64,000 bases of DNA from sequence record PV577657; one strand, written 5' to 3'. Shown here piece by piece: positions 16,011-26,004 of this stretch. The position numbers and the translations under genes are program-made. A model generated the notes under the pieces. The model was given only the letters and a program-made list of their open reading frames with translations. It searched no databases and was not told the origin of the DNA. Position 1 is the first letter of the stretch; each line of letters begins with the position of its first letter. The DNA is from Escherichia phage vB_EcoS_MM-1.

Positions 16011-18341
16011 TTAAATAGTACAACCGCCTGATGCACAACCAGCTGCTTCTTCTCCAGCACCACCACCATTTGCGGTGTTGAAGTTAGCATAATACCAAGT
16101 TTTCCACCCGTATTTAACAGCAGTCATGAAATCACGAACTACTACTGGGCCAGGAATAATTTCATTCTCAAACTTGGTGTAGTCGTAGTACATATTAGTA
16201 CTAACAGACTGGCTGAAGAATTTCTGCATAGTTGCTACCCATTTGATCCACTCGATACGATCTACATCATAAGCCAATTTATAGCTCATTAACGTTTCCC
16301 AATCGGTTGCACCTGGAGCAATTGCAATTACTTTATTTACTGCACTACCCTTGATAGATACAATCTTACGAGGTGGTTCGATAGAGTTAGTAACACCTAA
16401 CAGAACAGAAGAACTTTCTCCCGGCATCTGAGCAGTCAGAACAGAGTTACGCATACCATATTTCAGAATATCTGCACGCAGAGACTCCCAGTCCATTTCT
16501 AGACCTACGGATACCAGCTCATCAACAGTTTTCTTGTACGTGTCGATTACCAGAATTCCTTTAGATGGTTTAGTACGATCAAACCACTCACATGCACCCT
16601 GTTCCTTAGCCAGGCGTACAGAGGCTTTATGCAGGAAGTAAGACAGTTTTTCAGCCTCACGGTGGATCCAGTTACGAGCTTCAATACCTTCGTAAGCCAG
16701 ACCTTCTGCTGCCATTGCACCTGCTGCGTTCATTAGGCCAATACCGACATTACGACGTTTCTTGGCCGTATATTCCATAGTTGGGAACGGATAATCCTGA
16801 ATTTCAATAATTGTATCAACAAACTTCAGAAGGATGTAGCAAGTTTTTTCCCACTCAGCCAGAGATTCCATGCGTCCAAGTACAACACCACCTAAGTTAC
16901 ACAGAGATACTTCACCAATATCCTCCGGCTTCATTTGATCAAGCTGCTCTTTTGTCTTATACAGCTCTGTGATATGATGGAACGGGCGAGTAGGCTGAGT
17001 AATTTCAACACAAAGGTTTGTCATACGGATCGGATCAAGGAAATTACCGTGACGATTAGATTCCCCGATGTGATGAGCATACATACGTCCTGTTTCCATT
17101 CGGATACGTAGCCAAGTATCTAGAATTTCTTTTGCAGAGACTTTAGGAGCTGCTGGAACTGTTTTTCCTTCATGGTCGATCTTTGTAAGAGATGCCACAC
17201 GTTTCTCCGCTGCCACGTAGATTTCTTCAAATTTAGCCTCGTCATCACTATAAAACGCTTCATGAACTTCTGGAGCATAGAAGTATGACATTAGCGTAAT
17301 ATCTTCATTTTTCAGATAACGTTTTAACAAAAGATTGTTGAAGCTCAGAGAATAATCCATCTTATCGATTTTATTCTCATCTGTAGCACGTTGTTGCTTA
17401 ACCTGCATCAATTGAATGATTTCAGGATCGAAATACGGATAAGACACTGTAGCAGAACCACCACGAGTTTGCTGAGTATTGGCCTTTACTGAGCGGTCAA
17501 TGTGTCGATAATATGGCAGTTTTCCGGAATGCGGGAATGCCCCATTTCGCACCGGATCAGCAATTGATCGGCTTTCAAGATGATACCCGATTCCCGCTCT
17601 GGCTGCGACCATTTTGAAGACGATGTGCTCGGCGGTGTCGATTGAATCCAACGTGTCAGTGGAATCCACGAGGCAGCAACTAGCAAATCCACGGTCACTA
17701 GAGCGCAGGCCAACCAGTGGCGGCGTAGGAACGTTGATTTTGTGGAGCGACATTGCGTTGTAGAGGTCGATTGCATCTAAAATTGTCCAATTAGGTTGAG
17801 ATAACATCGCCATTGCCATACCCATGTAGGCAAACTGCGGGGTTTCATAAATTTCACCAGTGGCTATATTACGACGGGAATACTTATCAAAGAACTGCTT
17901 CAGCCCACCACTAGTAAAAAGACGGTCACGATCATGGTCGATAACCTGATTCAGAGCTTCAAATTGCTCATCGGTAATCCATGCACTCATATCTTCCCAT
18001 GCACCTACACTAACCATGTGGTCATGGAAGAAGCGTAGAGAAGGTGGTTCGAAAGAATCATAAAGACGTTTACGCATTTGCGCAAGACGTAATTCCTTTG
18101 CTGGCACATCGTATGCTGGGTTATCTTTGATAAGACTTTCAGCAGCTTTAATTAATGCGTCCATCAGAGTGTCGGAATCTACAACCCCTTTAGGTAGAGT
18201 TTTTTGAGCAGCCATAGTAATGGCTGACCAGCTTACATCAACTGTTTTGCAACCATACTCTGCCCAACCATTGAGTTTTTCAGGAGCAAAGTCTTCTACA
18301 GTACCGTCACGTTTAATTACTTTTTCAATGCGATGGCTCAT
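16011..18341 (-). CDS. nrdA: ribonucleotide reductase class Ia alpha subunit
   Basis: Long ORF with C-terminal GCASGGC redox cysteines; start placed at MSHRIEK after AAAGGAAAG RBS (ORF-track start 18446 is probably upstream read-through). Confidence 0.9.
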   Translation of the reverse strand: MSHRIEKVIKRDGTVEDFAPEKLNGWAEYGCKTVDVSWSAITMAAQKTLPKGVVDSDTLMDALIKAAESLIKDNPAYDVPAKELRLAQMRKRLYDSFEPPSLRFFHDHMVSVGAWEDMSAWITDEQFEALNQVIDHDRDRLFTSGGLKQFFDKYSRRNIATGEIYETPQFAYMGMAMAMLSQPNWTILDAIDLYNAMSLHKINVPTPPLVGLRSSDRGFASCCLVDSTDTLDSIDTAEHIVFKMVAARAGIGYHLESRSIADPVRNGAFPHSGKLPYYRHIDRSVKANTQQTRGGSATVSYPYFDPEIIQLMQVKQQRATDENKIDKMDYSLSFNNLLLKRYLKNEDITLMSYFYAPEVHEAFYSDDEAKFEEIYVAAEKRVASLTKIDHEGKTVPAAPKVSAKEILDTWLRIRMETGRMYAHHIGESNRHGNFLDPIRMTNLCVEITQPTRPFHHITELYKTKEQLDQMKPEDIGEVSLCNLGGVVLGRMESLAEWEKTCYILLKFVDTIIEIQDYPFPTMEYTAKKRRNVGIGLMNAAGAMAAEGLAYEGIEARNWIHREAEKLSYFLHKASVRLAKEQGACEWFDRTKPSKGILVIDTYKKTVDELVSVGLEMDWESLRADILKYGMRNSVLTAQMPGESSSVLLGVTNSIEPPRKIVSIKGSAVNKVIAIAPGATDWETLMSYKLAYDVDRIEWIKWVATMQKFFSQSVSTNMYYDYTKFENEIIPGPVVVRDFMTAVKYGWKTWYYANFNTANGGGAGEEAAGCASGGCTI

Positions 18342-18344
18342 TTG

Positions 18345-18440
18345 GCTTTCCTTTTTATAGTTATCAGGATTTAAGGAATATTCTACTTTATTATCGGTCA
18401 TTAGGCAAATAAAATTTTCTGATAGAAAAGGCCCGAGTAT
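18345..18440 (-). promoter_or_regulatory. T5-type early promoter for nrdA
   Basis: Minus strand TTGCCT ... GATAAT ... then RBS. Confidence 0.5.
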
Positions 18441-18482
18441 TTTCATACCCAGGCCTGTATATTACCAGTCTAGCTTTTTAGC

Positions 18483-18704
18483 TTATTCAATTACTTTAGC
18501 TCTAGCTACTTCTTTTAATAGAATATCTATGGAGGTGCTCAGCTCGTTATAATTGAATGGTTTATTTGGATTTGAGGTTACAATTTTCCACGCTAGGGTT
18601 GTCTTAGGACTTTCTTCCCCTTCCTTACGTGTAATCATATTAGCAGCACTCAGTGAAGTACGATGTATTTTAGTTTTACGGCTCAGATGAACGACGTTTC
18701 CCAT
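18483..18704 (-). CDS. hypothetical protein
   Basis: 73-aa ORF from MGNVVHLSRK directly after phoH stop; ORF-track N-terminal extension overlaps phoH. Confidence 0.45.
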   Translation of the reverse strand: MGNVVHLSRKTKIHRTSLSAANMITRKEGEESPKTTLAWKIVTSNPNKPFNYNELSTSIDILLKEVARAKVIE

Positions 18705-18705
18705 A

Positions 18706-19467
18706 TTACACCTTCCCCATGTCTTTAAAAATATCATAGAATGCTTTAGACTCAACAGAACGAACGTTATCAATCAATTCGATCATTGAGAATGGGGCAT
18801 TTTCGTATCTCTCATAGACTTCCATAAGGAGTGCTAGACCTGAGTCACCTTTAATGTCTTTCTGAGCTATATCTCCGCAGATAATTAAACGGCAGTCTTG
18901 TCCTACACGAGTTAGGAGACAAATCATTGCCTCAACGGAAATATTCTGAGCTTCATCGACAATTACATAGGAGTTGTTGAAAGTTCTGCCACGAGCATGT
19001 TCGATAGCCAAAAATTTAATTTTCTGACGTTCGACATATCCCTTATAGGCATGTTCGCCGATGGCCCATTTCATACCATCAGCTATTGGCTCCAACCAAG
19101 GCTCTAGCTTTTCTGCTAGATCACCAGGAAGCATACCAAGAGACTTACCTAGAGGTTCATTAGGACGTACGAGAATCACTTGCTCAATATCTGAGTGAAT
19201 GTCTACGAGTTCCTGAGCTGCAAGAACGGACGGAATAAAGGTTTTACCAGTACCTGGCTCACCGATACCCACAGTCACTGTGTTGTTCTTGATCATATTG
19301 ATATATGATTTTTGCTCGCGGTTTTTACCTACTAGGGATTTAGCAACTGGGTTAGCGTAATCATTAGAAAAATCAGCCTGAATTACGTTATTCTCATATT
19401 TGTTGCCACGCTTTCTTGAACCATTGCGGTTCTCTCTTTTTTGACGTGCTTTTCCCATAAATAACAC
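18706..19467 (-). CDS. phoH: PhoH-like ATPase
   Basis: Walker A GEPGTGKTF, Walker B VIVDEAQN. Confidence 0.85.
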   Translation of the reverse strand: MLFMGKARQKRENRNGSRKRGNKYENNVIQADFSNDYANPVAKSLVGKNREQKSYINMIKNNTVTVGIGEPGTGKTFIPSVLAAQELVDIHSDIEQVILVRPNEPLGKSLGMLPGDLAEKLEPWLEPIADGMKWAIGEHAYKGYVERQKIKFLAIEHARGRTFNNSYVIVDEAQNISVEAMICLLTRVGQDCRLIICGDIAQKDIKGDSGLALLMEVYERYENAPFSMIELIDNVRSVESKAFYDIFKDMGKV

Positions 19468-19752
19468 TCCTATAGTGTACTTCGCTAACAGAGGATCAAC
19501 AAAAAGATCTTGTTTATCAACTTACAAATATATTATACCAATATATACAGTAAAAAGCAACTACAATTTTAAATAAGCCTATGATATTGCATTTAAATAA
19601 AAAATTTGCTTGCTTTTAACGTGAGATGTGTGATACTAGATAATCATTTTATATCGCGTGTACGAGTGCGTGATTATACAATTTTTAATAGAGATTGGCA
19701 AATAAAATTTTTTGACTCAGATCATGTTACAGAACTTTATAGTAAAATATTG

Positions 19753-19790
19753 TTGACATCCGCCCTCGAATGAGTTATAATAGTAGTCTT
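19753..19790 (+). promoter_or_regulatory. consensus sigma70 promoter upstream of nrdD
   Basis: TTGACA -17 bp- TATAAT exact; inside 300-bp divergent AT-rich promoter region 19500-19810. Confidence 0.7.
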
Positions 19791-19810
19791 AGTTAGAGAA
19801 GGAGAGTATA

Positions 19811-21685
19811 ATGAATCGCAATGAAGAACTAAAGTATAAAGAAATGCAGGCGTTAATTAGAAACTGCAAAGAGATTATCGAAGGGTCAGCAGATGAAGAG
19901 CTGCTGTTTAATAATGCCAATAAACCCTCAGAACGTTTCCCTACTCAGAGGGATATGCTTGCAGGTGAATTGAGTAAGTATCTGATTCTAGAAGAAATGC
20001 CAATTCAGATTCGAAATGCTCATATGATTGGGGATATTCATTTCCATGATGCTGATTATGCTGCATTAGGCATGACTAATTGTTGTCTGGTAGCTCTGGA
20101 AGATATGTTGAAGAATGGTATGAAGGTTGGTAATGCTGAAATTAGCCCTCCAAACTCTATCACTACTGCAGCGGCTATTACTGCTCAGATTATCACTCAA
20201 GTTAGCTCCCATCAGTATGGTGGCACTTCCGTGGATCGCCTTGATGAAGTATTAGCTCCTTATGTTCGTAAATCCTATGACAAAAATCATGCGTTTGCAA
20301 AACGTTGGACTAAGGATGAGGCCAAAGCATCAGTAATGGCTACGGAGATGACTGAAAAAGAAGTCTATGATGCTTGTCAGGGTCTAGAGTATGAAATCAA
20401 TACGATGTTCAACTCTAATGGTCAGAGTCCATTTATTACCTTTGGTTTTGGTCTAGGAACTTCTTGGGAAGCACGTCTAGTACAGAAAGCAATACTGAAA
20501 GTACGCATGGATGGTTTAGGTATCAATAAACGTACAGCTATCTTCCCGAAACTGGTATTTGTACTTCGTGATGGCGTAAATATGAAACCAGGAGATGTTA
20601 ATTATGACATCAAGAAGTTAGCTATGAAATGTACTGCTGAACGTATGTATCCAGATTATATCAGCTATGACAAGGTTGTAGAAGTTACTGGAGACTATAA
20701 AGTTTCTATGGGCTGTCGTTCATTCCTAGCTGCTACAGAAGATGGTGAAACTGCCGGTCGTAATAACTTAGGTGTTGTTTCTGTAAACTTGCCTAGAATT
20801 GCTATCGAAGCTGAAGGAAATATTGATCTATTCTTTGATTTGCTTGAGCTACGTGTGGATACAGCGTTAAAAGCATTGGAGTGGAGAGTTGATCGCTTAA
20901 AATACATCCAAGCTAAAGCTGCACCTATCCTCTATATGTCAGGAGCCTTTGGTTTACGCTTGGAGCCTGATGAATATGTATTCGATCATTTCTATAACCG
21001 TGCTTCTGTATCTCTAGGGTATATTGGTTGTCATGAAATGCTACAGTTCATGTTTGGCAAAGATGTAGACACAATGTCCGAGACCTGCATCAAGTTTGTT
21101 CAGCGTGTATTGCAGTATATGCGAGATAGAGTCGATCAAAAGAAGGAAGAGACTAAGTTAGGTTATAGCCTATATGCTACACCATCAGAATCCCTATGTG
21201 ACCGGTTTTGTCGTCTAGACCGTGAATATTTTCCAGAGCATGAAGATATTCTGTCCAAAGGATACTATACTAACTCTCACCACCTTGATGTGGAACGTAA
21301 AGTTGCTCCTAACGTGAAATTTGATTATGAATCTAACTTTACTCCGATTGCTTCTGGTGGGTGTATTTCCTATGTAGAACTACCGGATATGAAACGATTC
21401 CCAGATGCACTGGAATGGGTTATTAATTATGCTGCTAGTAAGGTTCACTACTTCGGTATTAATACTCCAGTAGATTCTTGTGGTAAATGTGGATTCTTAG
21501 GTGAAACAATAGCATCCGAAGATGGATTTAAGTGCCCTATCTGTGGCAACCATGACCCCGAAACTCTTGAAGTGACTCGTCGAGTTTGTGGGTATCTTGG
21601 AAATCCAGGTGCTCGTCCATTTAACCCAGGCAAACAGCATGAGGTTATGAGCAGGGTGAAACATCAGGATATTCGAGCTAAATAA
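19811..21685 (+). CDS. nrdD: anaerobic ribonucleoside-triphosphate reductase
   Basis: C-terminal Zn-ribbon CGKCG...CPICG and glycyl-radical motif RVCGYLG; 624 aa. Confidence 0.9.
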   Translation: MNRNEELKYKEMQALIRNCKEIIEGSADEELLFNNANKPSERFPTQRDMLAGELSKYLILEEMPIQIRNAHMIGDIHFHDADYAALGMTNCCLVALEDMLKNGMKVGNAEISPPNSITTAAAITAQIITQVSSHQYGGTSVDRLDEVLAPYVRKSYDKNHAFAKRWTKDEAKASVMATEMTEKEVYDACQGLEYEINTMFNSNGQSPFITFGFGLGTSWEARLVQKAILKVRMDGLGINKRTAIFPKLVFVLRDGVNMKPGDVNYDIKKLAMKCTAERMYPDYISYDKVVEVTGDYKVSMGCRSFLAATEDGETAGRNNLGVVSVNLPRIAIEAEGNIDLFFDLLELRVDTALKALEWRVDRLKYIQAKAAPILYMSGAFGLRLEPDEYVFDHFYNRASVSLGYIGCHEMLQFMFGKDVDTMSETCIKFVQRVLQYMRDRVDQKKEETKLGYSLYATPSESLCDRFCRLDREYFPEHEDILSKGYYTNSHHLDVERKVAPNVKFDYESNFTPIASGGCISYVELPDMKRFPDALEWVINYAASKVHYFGINTPVDSCGKCGFLGETIASEDGFKCPICGNHDPETLEVTRRVCGYLGNPGARPFNPGKQHEVMSRVKHQDIRAK

Positions 21686-21686
21686 G

Positions 21687-21722
21687 CTAATCAGCCGGGT
21701 TGCTAGTCGACCTGGCTTTTAT
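21687..21722 (+). terminator. putative terminator
   Basis: Imperfect hairpin AGCCGGGT...ACCTGGCT followed by TTTTATTTTATTT. Confidence 0.45.
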
Positions 21723-21727
21723 TTTAT

Positions 21728-21784
21728 TTGCTTTCAGCCAAAAATTTATATATAATAGATTTATAAATTTGAGAGGAGAAAGAT
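21728..21784 (+). promoter_or_regulatory. T5-type early promoter
   Basis: TTGCTT -17- TATAAT then AGATTTATAAATTTGAGAGGAG. Confidence 0.7.
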
Positions 21785-22165
21785 ATGGAATTAAAGCCCT
21801 ATATAGTTGAATCTACATGTGGTAGTTTCCATCTGGGTGTAGATGATATTGCTGAGGCTGTCTTTGCTGCCACAGGTGATTACTCGCATATAGAGGGTGT
21901 TGCATATCCTACTATTATTGGCGATTGGGTGGGAACAAATCTAGATGTATCACCTTATAATCCATATTGCTTGTTTGATGAAGACAGAGATGAAGTAAAA
22001 TGTAATCTTGAATTTGTGTATAATAGAGTGCTAAAAGTATACCAACGTAGCCCCCATGGGTACGAAGATATTACTTGGAGTATTAAACAATATCTTAAAG
22101 ATGTATACTCTAGTTTTTCTGATGAAGACCTAGAAACAGTTGCAGTGGAGTTTAATAATGACTAA
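21785..22165 (+). CDS. hypothetical acidic protein
   Basis: 126-aa ORF behind strong promoter/RBS. Confidence 0.7.
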   Translation: MELKPYIVESTCGSFHLGVDDIAEAVFAATGDYSHIEGVAYPTIIGDWVGTNLDVSPYNPYCLFDEDRDEVKCNLEFVYNRVLKVYQRSPHGYEDITWSIKQYLKDVYSSFSDEDLETVAVEFNND

Positions 22166-22364
22166 GAATGTGAAACACCTTAAATATCGCTTAATTTACA
22201 ACGGACGTATGGAAACGGAAGACCTGGCCAAATTAGCTATTAACTCTAATGAGGTTACAGTGCGTGCGCTGGCAATTGAAAAGTTGCGTGCCTCTTATGA
22301 AAATCGTGTTATGGAACTAGAGGAGAAACTTTATGGCATTCTCGAAGCCGATGCTACCAGATAA
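22158..22364 (+). CDS. hypothetical protein
   Basis: ORF-track 22140..22364; start ambiguous (MTKNVKHL). Confidence 0.5.
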   Translation: MTKNVKHLKYRLIYNGRMETEDLAKLAINSNEVTVRALAIEKLRASYENRVMELEEKLYGILEADATR

Positions 22365-22554
22365 GGGTTTAAACGCCGCTTTGGAAAACGCATTAATGCA
22401 GCACTGGGAAACTGGCTATAAGGATGGTGTTGAATCCTGCGCTACTATGCTAGAAGTTATTGCTAATACCTTAATGGAGAAAGGCAATAAAGAATTAGCT
22501 GAGCTATTAGACAGTATTGGGCAAAACTTCAGAGAACAGGTGAAAAATGCGTAG
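22333..22554 (+). CDS. hypothetical protein
   Basis: 73-aa ORF. Confidence 0.5.
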   Translation: MAFSKPMLPDKGLNAALENALMQHWETGYKDGVESCATMLEVIANTLMEKGNKELAELLDSIGQNFREQVKNA

Positions 22555-23383
22555 ATTAATTATTATTAGCGGTGCAGGTTTGAGTGTTGAAAGTGGTGTA
22601 CGAGCTTTTCGTACTGATACTGCTAGTGGTAAAGCATTGTGGGATGACTATGATCTAGAAGAAGTATGTAATATTCATGCCTTTCGTGGTAATTTTTATC
22701 ATAAAACCCACATGTTTTACAACAAGCGTCGTGAAGAGCTAAAAACTGTTGAACCCAATCTTGCGCATTTGCGTATTGGTGAATGGTATAAACAATATCC
22801 AGGTCAAGTAGTAAACTTGACTACCAACGTTGATGACCTTATTGAGCGTGCTGGCGTCCCACATAGTGACATTCTGCACATTCACGGATATTTAAAAGAG
22901 GTTGTTGTAGCTGATAGCTACAATAGTAGCAATAAACGGATTATTGATGTAGGATACAATTCTATTGATCCAGATGATTATAAATGGGTTAAACCTAATG
23001 TAATCTTCTTTGGAGAGCATGCTCCTGCATACGCAGAAATGTATAATGTTTTTGATGGTATTACCAGTCAAGATATGATCATTGTGGTTGGTTGCTCTAA
23101 CCAAGTAATTAACTTCTACTGGGAATTATTTCCTGTTCTTAATTTGACTGCTGCGAAACTTATGGTTGTTAACTACTATGATAGTGCCCTCGCAGCGGAA
23201 CCGGTCTATCAAGGTATGACTCGTAGTGAGATGTACCAGCTGGAGGAACGCGGTATCCCTTACTGGAGTAAAGGTGCGGTAGATGCTTTCAGTGACCCTG
23301 ATTTTATTGCTCGTGTAGAAGCTCATTTAGAGGGTAGACCTTATGTGTCGAGAAGCAAGAGAAACAGGTATGTCCATAGTTAA
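22547..23383 (+). CDS. Sir2-family (sirtuin-like) NAD-dependent protein
   Basis: GAGLSVESGVRAFR NAD-binding motif, NVDDLIERAG, HIHG catalytic His; no obvious Zn-Cys module. Confidence 0.75.
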   Translation: MRRLIIISGAGLSVESGVRAFRTDTASGKALWDDYDLEEVCNIHAFRGNFYHKTHMFYNKRREELKTVEPNLAHLRIGEWYKQYPGQVVNLTTNVDDLIERAGVPHSDILHIHGYLKEVVVADSYNSSNKRIIDVGYNSIDPDDYKWVKPNVIFFGEHAPAYAEMYNVFDGITSQDMIIVVGCSNQVINFYWELFPVLNLTAAKLMVVNYYDSALAAEPVYQGMTRSEMYQLEERGIPYWSKGAVDAFSDPDFIARVEAHLEGRPYVSRSKRNRYVHS

Positions 23384-23552
23384 ATCTGTATATACACATC
23401 CCGACGATATATTTGTATGGGCAGATGGTAGTTGGTGCTATCGCTGTGAGCTGTGGGAGATGGACTATAAATCCGATGACTATGGTGTTATATATGTTGA
23501 TACGGTTGAGTATGATACGTTCTTAGAAAGGAACAAAAATGGAAATAAGTAA
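23370..23552 (+). CDS. small hypothetical protein
   Basis: ORF-track 23343..23552; probable start MSIVKSVY. Confidence 0.45.
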   Translation: MSIVKSVYTHPDDIFVWADGSWCYRCELWEMDYKSDDYGVIYVDTVEYDTFLERNKNGNK

Positions 23553-24045
23553 TACTCCAATTATTTTTCTAGATATTGATGGGGTGCTCAATTCGAGCAT
23601 CTCCCACCATCATGCACCTGATGACGAAAAGATTTTCTTTGGAAGTGACTGGGTTTTCAAGCCGCTTCTCAAGGCTTTTCAGGACTTTATTCGTCCTTCT
23701 CCAATAATGATTGTTGGAGTATCATCTTGGTTCTCTGTCAGAAATGAGATGGAGAACGTTCAGATTATGACCGGATTAGGTCTTATCGATCGTTTTCTTG
23801 GTACAACGGATTTTACTGGGGGTGGGTTATCTAGGGGTAATTCTGTCCTTCGCTTCGTTGAAAAGCATAAGCTCAAACATTGGTGTGTTCTGGATGACGC
23901 TGGTGCTATGATGTATCAGTATCCAACGGTTATAGTCAACGGTAGAACTGGAATAAATCTTCAAGATTTAATGGCTGTTAGCTATATGTTAGAGTTTAGT
24001 CCAGATCTTGAAATGTGTAAATCCTTACAACAATTTAAGGTGTAA
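23539..24045 (+). CDS. HAD-superfamily hydrolase-like protein
   Basis: N-terminal FLDIDGVLN motif (HAD motif I); 168 aa. Confidence 0.65.
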   Translation: MEISNTPIIFLDIDGVLNSSISHHHAPDDEKIFFGSDWVFKPLLKAFQDFIRPSPIMIVGVSSWFSVRNEMENVQIMTGLGLIDRFLGTTDFTGGGLSRGNSVLRFVEKHKLKHWCVLDDAGAMMYQYPTVIVNGRTGINLQDLMAVSYMLEFSPDLEMCKSLQQFKV

Positions 24046-24047
24046 AT

Positions 24048-24476
24048 ATGTTCAATAATGTATTCTCTAAAGAAGCTAACCCAATTTTGGTTAACTTTTG
24101 GCGTACTCTCCCAGCTAGCCTGTATAATGAGGCTATTAACTCCTTGAAAATATGGTGTGAGAATAACGAAATCTCCTTTGCTTTTAAAGATGATATTGAT
24201 GAGGCCCCCTGTATTGGTTTAATTGTGCAGGTAGAGGATGGTCTTGAAGAGATTGTCGGCTGGAAAGAGTTAGATGAAATGGGCTTAATTTTTGCGTTAA
24301 ACTATAAGCTGTTTATGCCTGCTAAGCATCGCCTAGTTGTTAACTATAAAACTAGTGAATCTCCTGGTTTTCAGGTTAATGAACGTTATGGTTGGTCTTA
24401 CTCACCGGAAGAAGTAAATGAGGGGATTCAGAAACTTCGACGTTTCGGGTATATGATCCCAGGTTTAACTGCTTAA
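24048..24476 (+). CDS. hypothetical protein (paralog 1 of tandem pair)
   Basis: 142 aa; clear similarity to the disrupted downstream copy. Confidence 0.7.
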   Translation: MFNNVFSKEANPILVNFWRTLPASLYNEAINSLKIWCENNEISFAFKDDIDEAPCIGLIVQVEDGLEEIVGWKELDEMGLIFALNYKLFMPAKHRLVVNYKTSESPGFQVNERYGWSYSPEEVNEGIQKLRRFGYMIPGLTA

Positions 24477-24485
24477 GGAGGCAGA

Positions 24486-24877
24486 ATGGAACAAGTATAT
24501 TGGCGTCAGATTGACCCTAGTTTGGTGAAACGTGCGGAGAAGCTGCTACAACGTTGGTTGTGGGTAAGACAAGCCTCCTTCACTTTTCCGAGCAGCAAAC
24601 AGATGATCCCTGTATTGGTGTTTTCCTATCCGGCTACGCCGGGGAATGGGAATTGGATTGGAATGAATTGTCTGCTATGGGTTTAATTGTTGCCCTAAAT
24701 TTCTCTTTGTTCCATCCACGTGGGTTGGCCATACGTCGTGTGCCGGGTGATGGTTGTTCGCCCCATTTTTTACAGGTGGAAGATGATATTTGGGAGTACA
24801 CTCCAGATATTCTCGCAGAAGCTAAAGAACAATTAAATCGTGTTGGGATTTATGTTCCAGGCCTAAATGATGAATGA
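24486..24877 (+). pseudogene. frameshifted paralog 2 (or -1 frameshift gene)
   Basis: N-terminal homology to paralog 1 in frame of 24486, C-terminal homology in frame of 24554; frames join at CTTTTC run near 24584-24587. Confidence 0.55.
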
Positions 24878-25016
24878 TTTTTATTAGCTGAAATTTGTAA
24901 TCCGGGCTATTAGTGCTCGGATTATTACATAATCTTTTCAGTCGATTGACAGTCAAAATAAATTGTCGTTGACAATTTGGATGGATTATGTAATAATATA
25001 TGTATTGGAGGTGAGG

Positions 25017-25469
25017 ATGTCATTCACACAGCAAGAACTTTTAGATAACTTCCGATATGAAGATGGTAAGTTATTTAGAACTACAGGAAGAAATGCAGGG
25101 AAAGAATGTTGTGTTTCTACAGGTAACGGATATTATCGTATATCTCTAGGGAATAGGACTATGCTTCGGCATAGAGCAATATTTTTAATGCATCATGGAT
25201 ACTTACCTGATTTAGTAGATCATGTGAATACTATAAAAGGTGATGATCGTATTGAAAATCTTAGAGAGCAGACAGTATCCGGTAATCTAAGAAATATCAA
25301 ATATAAGAAAGGAATGCATGTTTACCCTTCTGGTAGTAAGAACTGGCAAGTGGTATTTACTATTAACCGTAAACGTATAGTTAAAGGAACATATGACAAC
25401 TATGAGGTTGCATGTTCTATGGCCAAGATGTTTAGAGGTCAATTATACGGTAGGGAATCAATCCAGTAA
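25017..25469 (+). CDS. HNH homing endonuclease (HNH + AP2-like DNA-binding)
   Basis: VDHVNTIKGDDRIENLR HNH motif; GGAGGTGAGG RBS before MSFTQQ. Confidence 0.8.
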   Translation: MSFTQQELLDNFRYEDGKLFRTTGRNAGKECCVSTGNGYYRISLGNRTMLRHRAIFLMHHGYLPDLVDHVNTIKGDDRIENLREQTVSGNLRNIKYKKGMHVYPSGSKNWQVVFTINRKRIVKGTYDNYEVACSMAKMFRGQLYGRESIQ

Positions 25470-25481
25470 AATTTCATTTGC

Positions 25482-25520
25482 AAGGGAGTATTATTTTATA
25501 GTATAATATTCCCATAAATG
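25482..25520 (+). promoter_or_regulatory. T5-type early promoter reading into untranslated leader
   Basis: TTGCAA -18- TATAAT then ATTCCCATAAATGAGAG; no start codon follows. Confidence 0.6.
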
Positions 25521-26004
25521 AGAGACATTAGTAAAAATTGATTTTGCTAATTTTTCTTGTTTACAATCCGCGATACGGAACAGTTAGGCTGCCCCATTAA
25601 GGGTTGTTTTAACTGTTACGTGTTAGTTTTTAAACAAATAGTTAATAGAATACTTAGCGATCTACATCCCGTAGGAACCCTGGTAAGGCCTCGAAGCAAC
25701 CTAGTGTGAGGTGGTTGTGAAGTGAGACGGGAAGAGTGAAAAACTCTGAGAAGTGATGACGTAAGGTATACTGCATCTAGTATGAGCTAGTACATGAAGC
25801 ATTAGGTGAGCAAATCTGGCTTAGCGGCCATCCTCAAGGATTTGTGCGGTATAGTGAAGCGGCAGTGTAGCGTGAAAGGGGAAGTTGCCACCCCCCTTCA
25901 GTATTTGCGATTAATTTGTTGAGAAATTGACAGTAACAGTTGTTCTATTCTTTCTGAATAGTCCTAAAGAAAACTTATTTCATTTCCAACACAGGAGTAT
26001 TGTT

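Noticed and set aside
18483-18773. Full 96-aa ORF overlapping the phoH 3' end
   Set aside because: The N-terminal 23 codons overlap phoH in another frame; only the portion from the internal Met (18483..18704) is retained, at low confidence.
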